Origin: Felis catus
Taxonomy: Eukaryota
Direction of reading: 5' to 3'
NCBI RefSeq assembly: GCF_018350175.1
Contig: NC_058368.1
Location: 153,204,001-153,268,000 of the forward strand
DNA length: 64,000 bases
Of this stretch, positions 40,816 to 54,900 are shown one piece after another. Made by a program: the position numbers and the translations under genes. Under the pieces are notes generated by a model, which saw only the letters and a program-made list of their open reading frames with translations, was not told the origin of the DNA and made no database searches. Every line of letters starts with the position of its first letter. The first letter of the stretch is position 1.

Positions 40816-40875
40816 AAAAATAAACATTAAAAAAAAAAAAGAGTTGCAGGTTTACTGACTGAGCCAGCTAGCCCC
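40530..40875. mobile_element. Nested SINEs: + strand SINEC (~40610-40840) inside a short - strand SINE
   Basis: Decayed TSD aagagtcacaggcttactg (40592-40610) / aagagttgcaggtttactg (40839-40857). Confidence 0.85.
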
Positions 40876-41259
40876 TCCCTCCATCCCCCCTCCTTCTCAG
40901 GGATGTATCTTTAAAATTTAAAAAAGTTTTTATTTTTTAATTTTTTAAATGTTTGCTTATTTATTTATCTTTTGAGAGAGAGAGCAAACTGGGGAGGGAC
41001 AGAGAGAGAAGGAGCAAGAAATCCCAAGCAGGCTCCTCACTTTCAGTATAGAGCCCAACATGGGGCTTGAACTCATGAACCCTGAAATCATGACCTGAGC
41101 CTAAACCAAGAGTCTGAGACTCAGCTGAGCCACCCTGGTGCCCCACCACCATTAATTTTTTAATGGCATCTTCAGAGTTTACCTATGAGCCAGTCCTCAA
41201 TTTTTATTTATTTATTTTTTTTTGTTGAATGTGTGATTTACCAAAGTGAGGTATAGAAG

Positions 41260-42290
41260 TGTGATGTTGTGATTTTTTTAAATGTTTATTTATTTTGAGA
41301 GAGAGAGAGAGAGTGCACACACACGCATGGGAGGGGCAGAGGGAGAGGGGGAGAGAGAGAGAGAATCCCAAGCAGTTTCCACACAGCAGCATGGACCCCA
41401 CACGAGGCTGAAACCCAGGAACCATAAGATCATGACCTGAGCCAAAATCAAGACTTGGACCAACCAACTGAGCCACCCAGGCGCCCCTTAATAAGAAATA
41501 TATATTCCGTCTTCGTTCCCATTTGTGGCACAGAGCTCCCAAACCCCCCCCCCCCCCCCCCCCCCCGGAATTCCCTAAGGGATAAAATCAACAAAGGTGT
41601 CTCTTGTTATGTTAATGACGTGACTTTTTGACCTCACCTAAAGGTGAGGGGAAAGGCTGGCTGCTGGGAGAACCAATCACGTGTTTCGAGGGTTGGAATT
41701 TTTCAGTCCCGCCCCTGAACCTCCGGGGAAGAGAGAGGGCCTTGGGGTTGAGTCCGTGGCCAATGGCCAGTGATTTAGGCAATCACGTCGGTGTAGTGAA
41801 GTTTCCATAAAAATCGCGCAAGGACGCGGTTCAGAAAGCTTTCGGATTGGTGAACAGCTGGGGATCTGAGGGACACCCGGAGAGGGCCTGGACGGTCTCT
41901 GCCCTTTCCACCTGCCTTGCTCTTTGCATCTCTTCTACCTGGCTGTTCCTGAATTGTATCCTTCTATAGTAAGTAAAATGTTTCTCCGAGTTCTGTGAGC
42001 CTCTCTAAACTAACCAATTAATCGAACCCAAGGAAGGAGGAGGTTGTGAGAACCTCTGTTTTACAGCCTGTGGGTCAGAAGCACAGGTTAACCTGGGCTT
42101 GCTACTGGCGTGGGAAGTGGGGTGGGAGAGGGGTGTAGTCCTGTGGGGCTGAATCCTTAACCTGTGCAATCTGACCCTACTTCTGGGTAAAGTGTCAGAA
42201 TGGAGTTGATACCCAGCTTGTGTGCCCAGATAATTGGTGGTACGGAGAACACCCCCCAACACGTCGGAAAATTGGGTGCTGAGAACACCA
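41260..42290. mobile_element. MER21-like solo LTR interrupted by a SINE (~41273-41488)
   Basis: Begins TGtgatgttgtgat and resumes aataagaaatatatattccgtcttcgttccc...ggcacagagctcc, then ccaatcacgtg, ttctgtgagcctctctaaac, tgtgggtcagaagcacagg, ending ...gaacacCA. Matches the recalled MER21-family layout. Confidence 0.75.
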
Positions 42291-44487
42291 AAAGGAGCAA
42301 ATCCAGATTGTATCTCCAAATATTTGCTCTTGTTTCCAACTTTCTAGAAAAGTTTTAATTTTTGTTTATCGTTTATTAATGTATCAATTAATAAAATGCC
42401 CTAGGTATACATTTATTAATAGGTTTATCCTTATCTTTGATAGGCAGATTATTCGAGCCCAGGTCTCAACCTAGAACTATTAACTCAGAATTTCTTGGAG
42501 AGTAGGGCTTGGTATTGGCGTTTTGCATAATTCCTCAGGTGATTCTAAATACAGCTAGCAGTAAGAACTGCTGAACTAGATAACTTGGGATGTCATTTTC
42601 ACTTCCAATTTTCTATGATTTATTCTCTTCTATAAGAGTCTTGTGGCATTACAGCTGTTCCCTTTTGCAAGATGTATACAAGGATGTATCTACCCACGGG
42701 GTTCCAAAAGACAGTACAGGAAAATAGGTGTTTCTTGACCTCCTGGCACATAGTGGTTTTTTTAGGTATTTGGTTATATGAAAATTATATTCTCAATTAC
42801 TAATTCTTTTCTTTGACAGAATGCCCTGGATACCACTTAAGTCCATTTCAGTTGCTAGATTTTGACTAAGATTATAACCAAATGAGGGATAGAATGTCTC
42901 TCAGCTGGGTTAGGAGGAGGAATTTAAGAAACCACAGAGGATGCCTCAGAGATTCGCTGTGAGGGAGGACTTGGTATTCTTCAGATACATATCTTGGAGT
43001 TTGCTGGCTGAGCTTATAACTAGATGATTTCCTGCTTCATATAAACACTACACCCCAGGGCAAAGCTAGAGGTCTCAGCTTCCTTCCCAACCTTCCTTCT
43101 GTGTTTTTATATGCAGGGCTTTAACTAAGTCACTTCTCTTTGGCTACATACAGATTTTTCTCTCCTCTGGGTGGAGCCGAGCTCACTGAAAACAGGATAA
43201 TTTTGAAAACACCACACCTATAATTGAAAAGGATTTCTGAAGGCCTTTTATGATCTATCTTTTTCTATTGCCTCTTACACCATCCAAAGTCAAACCAGCT
43301 GACTCCAGAACCCAAGTGGCAGCTGTTCAGGCTTGGCACCAAATAACCCTTGAGACCCAGGGCATGACTCTTCAGTGAGCTCAGTTGCAACCCATGAGGA
43401 TCTCTGACTACTTTCTAATTATTTCCATTGCAAAAGGCCCTGAGTTATTTAATGAATCATGTCATTTTTATTGAAATGTAAACTAAGGGTGATAAAAGGC
43501 CTATGGCCACACACACAAGAATCATAGCTTCATAGCTGAGGTCAAGAGGAAGTAGGTCTGTACATATTCACTGTATACTTGGGTCATGAGCACCAAAGAT
43601 GGTGACCAGTGGTAAGGATCAGATCACCTCTACCATACATATCAGGAAGGGTAGGGATTATGATTTATTTCTCATAAGAAGAAAAAAAAAAGGAAGAAAA
43701 TGGTGTGTCTTTGTCTAAAGATAGATGGATGCAAATGTGACTTTTACAAATTATTCCTTACACTACCAAGTCTCTTGTTAATAATACCATAAGAATAATA
43801 ATCTTGGTCACCAACGATATGCTAGGCACTGCTTCATGTCCTTTATACACTTTATCTTATAGAATCCTCCTAACTTTCCTAAAACCTTTTTACTTGATTA
43901 TCACTGTGTTACAGAAGAGGAAACTGAAATCCAAAACTATGAAGTCCTTTACCTGATAGAAATTTCTACTCAGTCTCTATTTCTTTGCTTTTCTAGCTTT
44001 CTTTCTGTTCTACCTTCATTTCTCTCCCTCCCTCCCTCCCTCTCTCTCTCTCTCTCTTTTTTTTTTTTTTTGACTTCCCTTTCATTTGCCTCTTTGGGCT
44101 TCACAAGCAAGAAGTTCAGAATCTTTGAAGCATAAATGTTGAACTCAAATAAGAAAAGACAAGTATAGCCCTGGTCAATGTGAAATTGCTGTGCAAAGAA
44201 GGAAAAAAAGCCAGGTCAATAAGAACAAGTATTTACTCCTTACCAAACCCTTCCCCCACCGTACTGTCTTCAGGAGAAGTTGGCTAGCTCACCCGACTGC
44301 CAAAACAAGTTTCAGGAGGGAGAAGTAAATGAGCCTTGCAACAACATTTGCCACACCTCCTACCCACCTCCTTTGAGAACAGGATGGTAAACATCCCCTC
44401 CACTGATCTGGTTTCACTTCAGCTCTCAACACGGTACTATTTTGGGGTCAAACACCCTAAGAAACCTGGATGACTCAGACACGTGAA

Positions 44488-44718
44488 TTTTTTTTTAAAA
44501 TTTTTTTGATATTTATTTTTGAGAGAGAGACTGAGAATGAGCAGAGGAGGGGCAGAGAGAGAGAGAGAGAGAGAGAGGGAGACACAGAATCTGAAGCAGG
44601 CTCCAGGCTCTGAGCTGTCAGCACAGAGCCCTACACGGGGCTGGAACTCATGAACTGAGAGATCATGACCTGAGCCGAAGTTGGAAGCTCAACCGACTGA
44701 GCCACCCAAGACACCCCA
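44488..44718 (-). mobile_element. CAN-SINE
   Basis: TSD cagaca(c/t)gtgaattttt. Confidence 0.92.
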
Positions 44719-45649
44719 GACATGTGAATTTTTAACCATTATAATGCCTTCCATGTGTACAACTTTTAAAAAGAATATTCTCACATGTCATCTCTTGCAA
44801 TCAACTACATTATTCATTAAAGTGTATGCGAAGTTTGAGAGAAAAGTGAGGATGGTGTTCCCCTAAGTTAGCTTGAGACCATGATTAAAAAAAAAAAATC
44901 CTATCTTTATTGTCCATTTTAATAGTTTTCTAATGCGATTTCATGCAAGAGAAAGGACTTGGCACAAACTAGATCTGCTTCTGGAGACATCTGTCTAAAG
45001 AGCCATGGGTAGGCTCCCCCAATATATGCAAACTGTCAATATAACAATGAAATATTGGACCCGTCTTCCTGCCTGTCAGACCCCTCCCTGTAACCTCCTA
45101 GAAATGTCTATTGCTCTTTTAGATGACTCATGAATGAAAAAGATCTTAAAGTTACAAGGACTTAGAAAGACATTTGCATGGAAAATTGGAGAATTGGATC
45201 AGGAAAATTAACCTAAGGGTTTAATTCATCTTTACACTTGTCTTGTGACCTATCAATATATTCATCTTTCCAGGGTTTGTAAAGGGAACTTGTATGAGAT
45301 TGATACACTCCCCTTAATTTCTACCTCAAAGAGTTTCTGTTTAGCCCAATGGTCTCAGCAGTCCAAGCCCTTCCCAGCAGCCTTGTACAGGTGGTTTAAG
45401 AAATGGAAAGAACTAAATGGTAATTCCTACCAGACACAGGAATTTACAAATCCACACAGATTTAACATTAAATGGTAAAACGAAGAAGTCGAGAAGCCCT
45501 CACACCTCCAAGGAGCATTACCTGTTTGGAAAGTTATATTGGTTTGTTTCCTTCTGAAGCAGATAGTTGGAGTTAGAGATCTACTTTTGCAAATCAGGAA
45601 AATAAACATTTTAATCAACATGTAAAATGTTCATCTAATTTTACACACA

Positions 45650-45782
45650 TAGGGTGAACATAAAATTTATTTAAACCAAGACACTTTAAGGAAGTAAAGG
45701 GGGTGCTACGAACAATCACACCAGGGCAACAGATAATAAACCTAGACTGTCTAGGGCAAAACAGGACGGGTGATCAACCCAC
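45650..45782. mobile_element. MER94-like hAT-Blackjack MITE
   Basis: tagggtgaacataaaatttat...gacacttt...aaagggggtgcta...gactgtctagggcaaaacaggacgggtgatcaaccc, with degenerate terminal inverted repeats. Confidence 0.6.
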
Positions 45783-46453
45783 CCATAAGTGAACATTTGT
45801 AATAGTTTTTCTCTGTTCCTCATAATCTTTTTATTACATCCAAGTGGCAAGGATATTGTTCACTTTCTTTTTTATACTGAGAAGTAAATTTGTTCCACTT
45901 TCTTGAAAAATAATCCTGTGTTCTAGGTCTCAGCTAATCTGTTTTGAGTCTCATTGTGTATTTTCTTTCTGTAAAACTGAGATGTTGGTTTTCCACATAC
46001 CTACATTTCTGTGAACCCTCTGGAAGATAATTTTAAAATAGCTACAGTCCTTCCCACTATTTCAACATTTATTCAAAGACATTTAGTTTTATTTTGAATA
46101 ACTACAAAGTTCATTTTGGAGGTAAAGTGTCTGCTTCTTCCCCTGCCCTGGACCATTCTCCAATTTTAGTAGAGCAATTTTAGTAGAGCAGTAGAATAAT
46201 TTTTAGTACCTGAATACATCATCAATTTACTGTTCGTTTTGAGATATCATGAACTAACTTAATTTCAGCTTCCACCCAAGGTGTCATTTGCCTGCTTAAT
46301 TTATAGATAGATCAATGCAATAGATTGACTATTGCAGATCTTAAGAGGGCTCGTTGGGGTACATTTGAAAACTTAAATTTTACATAACAGAGTGTTATAT
46401 TTTCTCCTGCCCTAAACGCTTTTATTTTATTTTGTTTTAATTTGCTATAAACA

Positions 46454-48450
46454 TTTTTTTAATGTTTGTTTTTGAGAGAGGGAGAGAATGAGTGGGGGAG
46501 GGGCAGAGAGAGAGGGAGACAGGATTGGAAGTGGGCTCTGTGCTCACAGCAGAGAGCCGCATGTGGGGCTCGAACTCATGAAAAGTGAGATCATGACCTG
46601 AGCCCAAGTCAGATATTCAACCAACTGAGCCACCCAGATGTCCCGCTATAAACATTTTGTAAGCGTTCTCAGATTGTTTGGAACTAGGTGGAATACAACC
46701 AACCTATAAGGTTGTGATGGGAGAAGAAACGAGGGTGTTTAGAAGGGCGACATTCAGAAATTTAAGCAATGGTGGATTAGGGGCAAAGATGACACAGTAC
46801 CAGTAAGAAACAGAGAGGCTTTCTTAAAACACATGAGTCCTCCAGGTTGGGTTGCAAGTGTTTTTCTCCCTTGTATTAGCATCCAAATATTAGCTTTCCT
46901 TTCTGTGTTAGTTGACATAGTTGCTTCAGGTAAAGACATTAAGGAATATCTAGAATACCTGTTTTCCAATAAAATTACCAGCCATCTATGAACATTCTGC
47001 TCTAGTATCTAACTTTTTTCCTTTAGTTTTTTTAATGTTTATTCATTTTTTAAGAGAGAGAGAGACACACACACAGTGCAAGTTGGGGAGCGGCAGAGAG
47101 AGAGGACACAGAATGTGAAGCACGCTCCAGGCCCTGATCTGTCAGCGTGGAGCCCTATGCGAGGCTTAAACCCACAAACTGCAAGATCATGACCTGAGCC
47201 CAAGTTGGATGCTTAATCAAGTGAGCCTCCCAGGCGCCCCCAATTTTTTTTTAAGATTTTATTTTTAGGTAATCTCCACACGCAATGTAGGGCTTGAACT
47301 TAAAAACCCAAGAGCAAGGGTCACATGTTCTACTGACTCAGCCAGTCAGGTGCCCCTAGAATATAACTTATTGGCTCTGGGAAACTGTTCTGGATTTTTC
47401 CAGAGTAGGCAATGCCATGATCAAATATGATTTAGTCAGATTAATTGGCCAATGAATAAAAGAATAAACTAACATTTATACAGTGCTTGTTCTGAACTGA
47501 GTAAGTATTGTATATCAATTATATCACTTAATTAAAAGAAAAGTAAGATAATTTTGTGACATCCATTCTCCAGGTGAAAAAATGGGAGCTATTTCTGTTG
47601 AAATAACTTGCCTGAGTTCATATAACAATGAAAGGGTGGAGCTAGGAATCCAATCCAGGCAGGATAGTGCTGAGGGTTGTCTGATCATTCACCACACTTT
47701 TAAGACTGACTAGGAAAAGATACTGAAAGCCCAGAAAAAGATACAAGACTATTGCATTGGTCCAAACACAAGAGAATGAGGCAAGGAGACAGGGAAGGTA
47801 AGGGAGAAGTTACAAATAAAGAAACAGTAGCTCTGTGATGTTCTTTGGATTCATTAGGTTATAAAGAAAGCAAAAGATAAGATTAGTGTGATTAATAGGA
47901 ATAATGTGGCTGGGAAGCCCTGATTTAAAAAAAAAAAAAAAAAAAAAGGAGGCTTTGTTGGATGGGGGAATAACTTCTCTTTGGACATTCTGAATTGAAA
48001 GGATATCTGGAATAAACAAAGAAGTTTGGCATGTTGATATTTAGTTTGCAAAGCAAAATAAAGTACCCAAATAAATGTCTGGTGTGTTTCTCCACTGTGT
48101 TCCCCCTTATTAAGAGAAAATTCTATTGGTAGAATGTATAGGACATCTATCAAGAACCGTATAAAAGAAGTATTATAATTTTGTTGCAGAAATGATTACA
48201 GGCTCTTGAGAGCTAAAACAGCTTGTTCAAGGGGCAGACATCTGGGTGGCTCAGTCGATTCAGCATCTGACTCTTGATCTTGGCTCAGGTCATGATCTTA
48301 TGGTTCACAACATCAAGCCCTGCATCAGGTTCTGTGCTGTGTCAGCATGGAGACTGCTTGGGATTCTCTGTCTCTCTGTCTCTCTTGGCTCCTCTGCCAC
48401 TTGTGCACAAGTGTTCTTTCTCAAAATAAATAAACATTAAAATAAAATAA
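46454..48450. mobile_element. CAN-SINEs at 46454-46644 (-), 47027-47240 (-), 47245-47356 (-, short) and 48231-48450 (+), plus a MIR remnant at ~47470-47700
   Basis: SINE bodies visible. The first has TSD gctataaacatttt. Confidence 0.8.
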
Positions 48451-49491
48451 AACATTATATTTTTTAAAAAAATGAAATAACTTCCCAAGGTCACACAGTT
48501 TGTAAATAACCACAACTTTTGTGTTTTCTTGGTAATCAATAATTATAAGTCAGAGCACTCCTCACTAATGATGACTATCCATCCCTTAAGCAAAGAGACC
48601 TCAAAGTGTGAAGAGGAAAAAAGAAAGAATAAGTAACAGATTAATGCATGAATAAATGCATGTTATGTAAATTTTAAGCAGAAACAAATTTTCTCCACTT
48701 GGAATTTTCTTTTTCTGCTTCCAGTAAACCATGTGGGTTGTTATAAAAATATTACCCAAAATTTAACCTTTTTAAAAAATTTTTCTAAATGAAAAATCAT
48801 TTGCCTCTAATCCCTTTGTTATTGTTTGGCAACCCTTAATATACATTAGTGTGATCTCAAGATGTTTCTACTTGGAGCCTACATAGATGTTGGGATTGGG
48901 CTCCTCTAGGAACTAACTACAGCTGTCCCAGAGGATTGGGTAGCAACTCGGAGTCTGCTTTGTTCAGCAATCCCTGCTAAACCATAGTTTATGGTTCACT
49001 GGGCAAACATACCTTAGGCACTACATGTGTCTTTGTATGTGTGTTAATTTACCTTTTAAAGCACTAATGGGAACAGAGGTTTGTTCGTGGTAAGTGAATC
49101 TTGATAGGTCAACTTCACCTTGTGTAGAGGTATTTTAATTCGTTCCAGGTAGACGTTAATTTGTCTAGTTTATTGACTGGAAGTTATAGTTCAGTGGCAA
49201 AATGAGAGCAGTGTGTTCTTTTCCTTTTGACAGATTCATGTCCGTCCGAGTACATCATCAACAAAAGATGACCTACCCATACAACTTTTTAAGCCCTTAC
49301 TGGAAAAGTCCAATGATGGCCATAAAAAGTTAGTCTTTATCTATGCTCAGAATCCTGTTTCATAAACTCAACTTTTTTTTTTTTTTTTGAAGATAGGGTA
49401 GGTTAGTAACTAGCTGTTTTCTGAAACCGATCAACCTATCTTTGAGACCAGTTTAAATTGTAGCTGGTGTGAATTTAGTTATTCCCTAGAA

Positions 49492-49657
49492 CCGAGGTCC
49501 TCAAATTAGCACGCCTCAGAACCACCGGGAGGGCTGGGCCCCAGCCCCAGCACTTAGGATTTAGTAGTTTTGGTAGGGGTAAGGCCCGAGAATGTGCATT
49601 TCTGTCAAGTTCCCAAGTGAAGTGGCTTCTCCTGGTACCACCCTTTGAGAACCCCTG
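49492..49657. mobile_element. MER5A-like hAT-Charlie MITE
   Basis: TIR-like ends ccgaggtcctcaaa / tttgagaacccctg, with 8-bp TSD ccctagaa (49484-49491) / ccctagga (49658-49665). Confidence 0.8.
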
Positions 49658-50765
49658 CCCTAGGAAGAGTTCTCTCTCCCTGGTGGGGACTGAGAGCAAT
49701 AACATTCAAGTTGTGAAGGCTTCTCTAGAGAGGTTAACGTGTGGTCAATGAACATGTGGTCATTAGGTCTGTTTTTGGTTTGTTTGTTTTCTTACTGTTG
49801 GTATTTGTCGGGGGAAGGACGAAGTGAAGAAAAAGGTGTCTTCTGATACTCATGCCTAGACCTTGTGATACTTGATGAAATTTCTATCAATACATGCTTC
49901 TAAATCTAGTACCTCTGCTTTACATCCTCTCTCCCCCACCAAAAACGGAACAAAGCAAAATCTAAACTCAATGTTGCGGTCTCTTACCAGCACTTAAAAA
50001 GTTAACGATACCAAATACAGTTGCTCAGGTCAGCGGAGGGTAAAATCAGCATTTGGAAATGCTGTGAGAACACAAATAGTTGAAACTGTGGAAGAGGCCT
50101 GAGGAAATTACAGAGGGAAAACTTTCCGCCCAAGGTTCCAGTTGCCAAGGAGTTTGTGTAGGTTGCTGGAGACCTCACCCCTCCGTGGCTCCTCTGTGAC
50201 TCACTGTGTCCCTGGGAAGCCTCCTATTCGGCAACCAGAGCAAACTCAGAACCTCCTCCTTTGCTCTTACTGGGATGAAACGCACCAGAGAGCTTTGGTT
50301 TCTAAAACACGGATGTTTCTGATCAAGTGGACAGTAGCAGAGCCTGTCCTCTGATTCCTAGAAGCCAGTCTGGTTCTGGCCTAGGTGCAAAGGTTGGATT
50401 AGAGAAACTGTATAATGGGTCTGGCTGCAGCAGCGGGAGGGGAGGAGGGCAGGGCTGCCATATGCTTGGACCCCACTTGGAGGTCTGGTTGGGCTTGGCA
50501 CATCAAGGTCACTCACGTTACAGTCTTGGATTCCAGCTCCACTCCCCCCTCTTTTTTGGAGTGGGATGGCCTTCTACAGGTAGAAACTCCCACACATGAA
50601 ACAGCTTTTCTCTCTGGGCACATTTTATTTCTGCCGTTTCATATTTTGCCCTTGCCGGTCCAAATTCAATAATAACCGGAGGCAAATACACAATTTTCCT
50701 TTCCCAAAGAGGAGAGCATAATCTAATGCTGCAGTGCTTAATCAAAAACTGTTTCTTGGTTTAGA

Positions 50766-51095
50766 TCCGTGCTTCTCACACTTCAACAGGCATGTCATTA
50801 TCTGGGGATCTTGTTAAAAAGTAGAATCTGATTTAGTAGGTCTGGGTTGGGTCCTGAGATTATGAGTTGCTAGGAAACTGCCAGGTGTTGATGCCGTTCG
50901 TCTGAAGACCCCTGCTTTGAATAGCAAGGGGATTAGTGTTCAGCCCAGGCTCCTCAGCGTCAGCCAGAGGGGCTGTTAATTTGCTTGCTGTTTTTGAAGA
51001 GTGATACCCAGGTGCCCAGCGATTTTGATTTGACTGGCCTAGTATTTTTTCAAGAGCTTCCTAAGTGATTTATTACATAACCAGGATTGAGAAAA
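50766..51095. mobile_element. Two adjacent MER5-family remnants
   Basis: tctggggatcttgttaaaaagtagaatctgatttagtaggtctgggttgggtcctgagat...tttgaatagcaagg, followed by a second degenerate copy. Confidence 0.65.
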
Positions 51096-52139
51096 CAAAC
51101 CCAAATTAATTTTTTTAAAACTATGAGTAGCTATCATTAGTGGGTCAGAATCGGAAACATTATAAATATGGTTTAAGTGAAATAGAATTGAACAGAACAC
51201 AGTAGAGCACATTGTAGCAGTGTGAATACTGTCTGGGGAAGCTTTACAGCTATGTGTCTGCGAATATACAGTGCTCCATGTAAAACTTACTATTGAGGTT
51301 ACAGTCAAAAACTCTTGAGAAGCCTCTGTTGCAGATACTTAACTTTGGCATCACAGTGTGAAAGTACATCTAGACACTGTGTAAGCTCATAGGCATGGTT
51401 GTGTGAAATTTGCATTTGATTCAGGTTTTTTTACATATCATAAAATATTTTCTACTGGTTACTTTTCAGCCACTTAAATACAGAAAATTAGCCCATGGGC
51501 CCTGTCTAGATTGCCAGCCTTGATTGAGATATCTTGGTTTTGGCCCTCTGTTTGATTTAATCAGTTATAGCCGATGGCTTCGGGCCTGATCCCAAAATAG
51601 CTTCGTATTATGATGACTACTTCATCCTTTGTATTTCCATTAAAAATACCTGGATTTAGAGGTGCGGCCTTTTGTGGTTGTTAGTAATAATAATAATTGT
51701 TATTGTTTAAAAAAATAGTATTTTGGACTTTAAAAATCTATGTCAGTGGGGCTCCTGGCGAGGTCAGTCAGAAGAGCATGTGACTTTTGCTCTGATGAGT
51801 TCAAGCCCCACATTGGGTATAGAAATTATTTATCTAAGTAAAACTTTAGGGAAAAAAAATCTACGCTAAGTCCTATGTTAAGTATGGCAGAGTAATTTTA
51901 GTTAAGAATAACTGAATCACTGGATAGAACACATGTGTCTTCACACTTTTTTTGTGTAGCAGAATTTCACTTTAATTATAAAATCCCAATACTTTGATTA
52001 ATAAATTATCAGTTTATCATGAAAAATAGATTTAAAGGTATGCTTTACAAACAATAGAAGACAAATAAATACCAAATGTAAGTTCCTTACCAGAAAACAT
52101 GATTCTTTCCACTATTTACAGAAAACTCTTTAATTCTCT

Positions 52140-53385
52140 TTTGTTTTTAATTTCTTTAATATTTATATTTGAGAGAGTGTGAGCAGGGGAAGGGCAGAGT
52201 GAGAGGAAGACAGAACCCGAAGCAGGCTCCAGGCTCTGAGTTGTCAGCACAGAGACAGACGCAGGGCTCAAACTCACAAACCGTGAGATCATGACCTGAT
52301 CTGAAGTTGGACAGTCAACCACCTGAGCCACCCAGGGACCCCAAAACCTCTGTTCTTGAGCAAAAGACTAAATAAGTTCGCTGAAAACCATGGTTAAAAT
52401 ACTACTTCTTTCCCCAGTTACTTGGGATATCCTATGTTGTAGTAACCTGCTGGTGCATTTTATTTTTGGCCACTCAAGGGGCAAGAGATAAAAGGTCATT
52501 GGGTACTTGTTGGGGTGGAAAAGAGTGTTCCACTTATTTGGGTTACGATAATATTTATTGAATGCTCACTGTGTACCTGGTATTAAGCTTAGCCTCTGAA
52601 GAAAAGGCAGGTAAAAAAAAAAAAACACAGACCATAGGGGCATCTGGGTGGCCCAGGTGGTTAGGAGTCCAACTTGGCCTCAGGTCATGGTCTCACGATT
52701 CATGAGTTTGAGCCCTGTGTAGGGCTTTCTGCTCTCAGCACGGAGCCCACTTAAGATCTTCTGTCCCCTCTCTCTCTGTCCCTTCCAGTCTCATACTTTG
52801 TCTCTCTCTCAAAAATAAATAAACATTAAAAAAACAAACAAACAAGCAGCAGATCATGACTTCTGAGCTCCTGGAGCTTTCAGTATAATGGCAAAAGCAG
52901 CTATTGAGCAGTTACAGATAAATCTGTAATTACCAACTATGTTAAAACCAGATGGAAGTGCTGTGTAGAGAGTTTAACAAGAGGGGCCCAGTTTTGAACA
53001 GGTGCTTTACGGGAGTCATCATTGAAGGGTGACATTTCAGTTGAGTCCTAGGAGAAGCAGAGATTACTTATTTAGGATGAGAGTGGAGGAAATCCCTTCC
53101 CAGGCAGGGAAGATCCTGCATGAAAACTCCGAAGGGGAAAAGCAGGTGGCAGGCAGTTTCAAAGGGCTGCGAGGCCATTGCAACCAGAGCTGAGAGAGGC
53201 AGGGGGAGGGCTGTACAAGCTATGAGGAGAGAAATTGACAGGCCAGATCACACAGATACTCATGGCCTGGTGAAGACACTGGCTTTTATTCTAAGGGTGG
53301 TGAGAGCGCTTTTTAAGCCTTTTTTTTTTTTTTTAAATGTTTATTTATTTATTTTGAGAGAGAGCACACACATGCATGCGAGCAG

Positions 53386-53437
<52 letters not shown>

Positions 53438-53965
53438 ATCCCAAGCAGGTTCTATAGTCTCAGCACAGAGTCTGATCTGGGGCTCCATCTCACCAACCGA
53501 GAGGTCATGACCTGAGCTGAAATCAAGAGGTGGATGCTTAACTGACTGGGCCACCCATGGGCCCCTTTAAACTTTTAATATAGAGTAGTTACATGTACAG
53601 ATTTGCATTTTTAGTCTTTGAGGGGGCCAAACTGATGTTTGGTTTGGTTTGTCTTCAGGTGCCCAAAGAGTAGCTGTTAGTAGCATATTACCTGTTGCTA
53701 TTAAAATAAATGCCCTGCATCACTCTGGCTGCTGTTTATTTATTTTATTTTTTATTTATTTTTTTAACATTTATTCATCTTTGAGAGACAGAGTGTGAGA
53801 GGGGTAGGGACAGAGAGAGAGAGAGGGAGACACAGGATCTGAAGCAGGATCCAGGCTCCAAGCTGTCAGCACAGAGCCCGACGTGGGGCTCGAACTCACA
53901 AACTGCAAGATCATGACCTGAGCCACAATTAGACGCTTAACCGACTGAGCCACCCAGGCACCCCT
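52140..53965. mobile_element. CAN-SINEs at 52140-52342 (-), 52637-52840 (+), 53320-53565 (-) and 53735-53965 (-)
   Basis: SINE bodies with (GA)n/(CT)n tracts. The last has TSD ctggctgctgt. Confidence 0.88.
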
Positions 53966-54900
53966 GGCTGCTGTGTGGAAAATAGACAGGGGGAGACAGT
54001 GCCAAGAATGAAAGTGGGAAGACTTGTTGCAGGATGCTGGGCTCCCAGCAAGAGATGGTGGCATTTTGGACAAGTGACCCTGGTAGAGATGGGGCGAGGA
54101 GGAAAAGAGGCGTGACTTGTTTCAGAAATAGAGTAATTGGATTGATTACTTACTGCATGCAAGGAGGAGAGGAAGAGGAAAAAATTAAAGATGATGCCCA
54201 GACTTTCCTTGGATCACTATGTGAAGAGGGACATAGGAGAAAATGTACGTTTTAAGGGATAGAGTGATCAATTTTGAAAACTTTTAATTTGAGATGTCTA
54301 TAAAATGGTCAATGTAGGACATCAAGGAAGCAGGTATACAGGGCTGGAGATCAAAAGAGAGGATTAGGATGACAATATATACAAGGCAGTCCTTGACATG
54401 TGTGTCAATTTACTTTTTGTGATGAATGCTAATTTAGTACCTATTCTATTCCGAGCAGTGCTCTAGTTACTGAGATTATAAAGAGAAAATAGGTGAAGTT
54501 TCATATATGAAGCCCTTCGAAGATATGGTACTTACGTGAACCAGAACATACAGGTAGAGAGAACAGGAGAAAGAGGAGTGTCTCAAGAAGGTGATAGTTA
54601 AGGTGAAAATAAAGACCAAGAACAAGCCATTCACAGATCTGGAAAAGTGCTCCCGACCAGGGAGATAGCAACTGCAAAGTTCCTGAAGGAGACGTGAGCA
54701 TGGTATGCTTGGGGAACAGTGAGAGGCCTGGTATGGCAGGTGTGAAGTCAACAAAGAAGGAACTAGAAGAAAGAAGGGTGTGAATCATAAGGAACCTCAT
54801 AGTCCATGGAATAGTTTCTCTAAGTATGGTGGGAGGTCATTAGAGGATTTTGTATAGGGAGTGATGTTATATGATTACCATTTTTCAAAGACCTGTTGAG
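52550..54900 (-). mobile_element. Fragmented L2 LINE hosting the SINEs above
   Basis: atatttattgaatgctcactgtgtacctgg; ggcctggtgaagacactggcttttattctaag; aaagatgatgcccagacttt; gggaggtcattagaggattttg. Confidence 0.6.
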
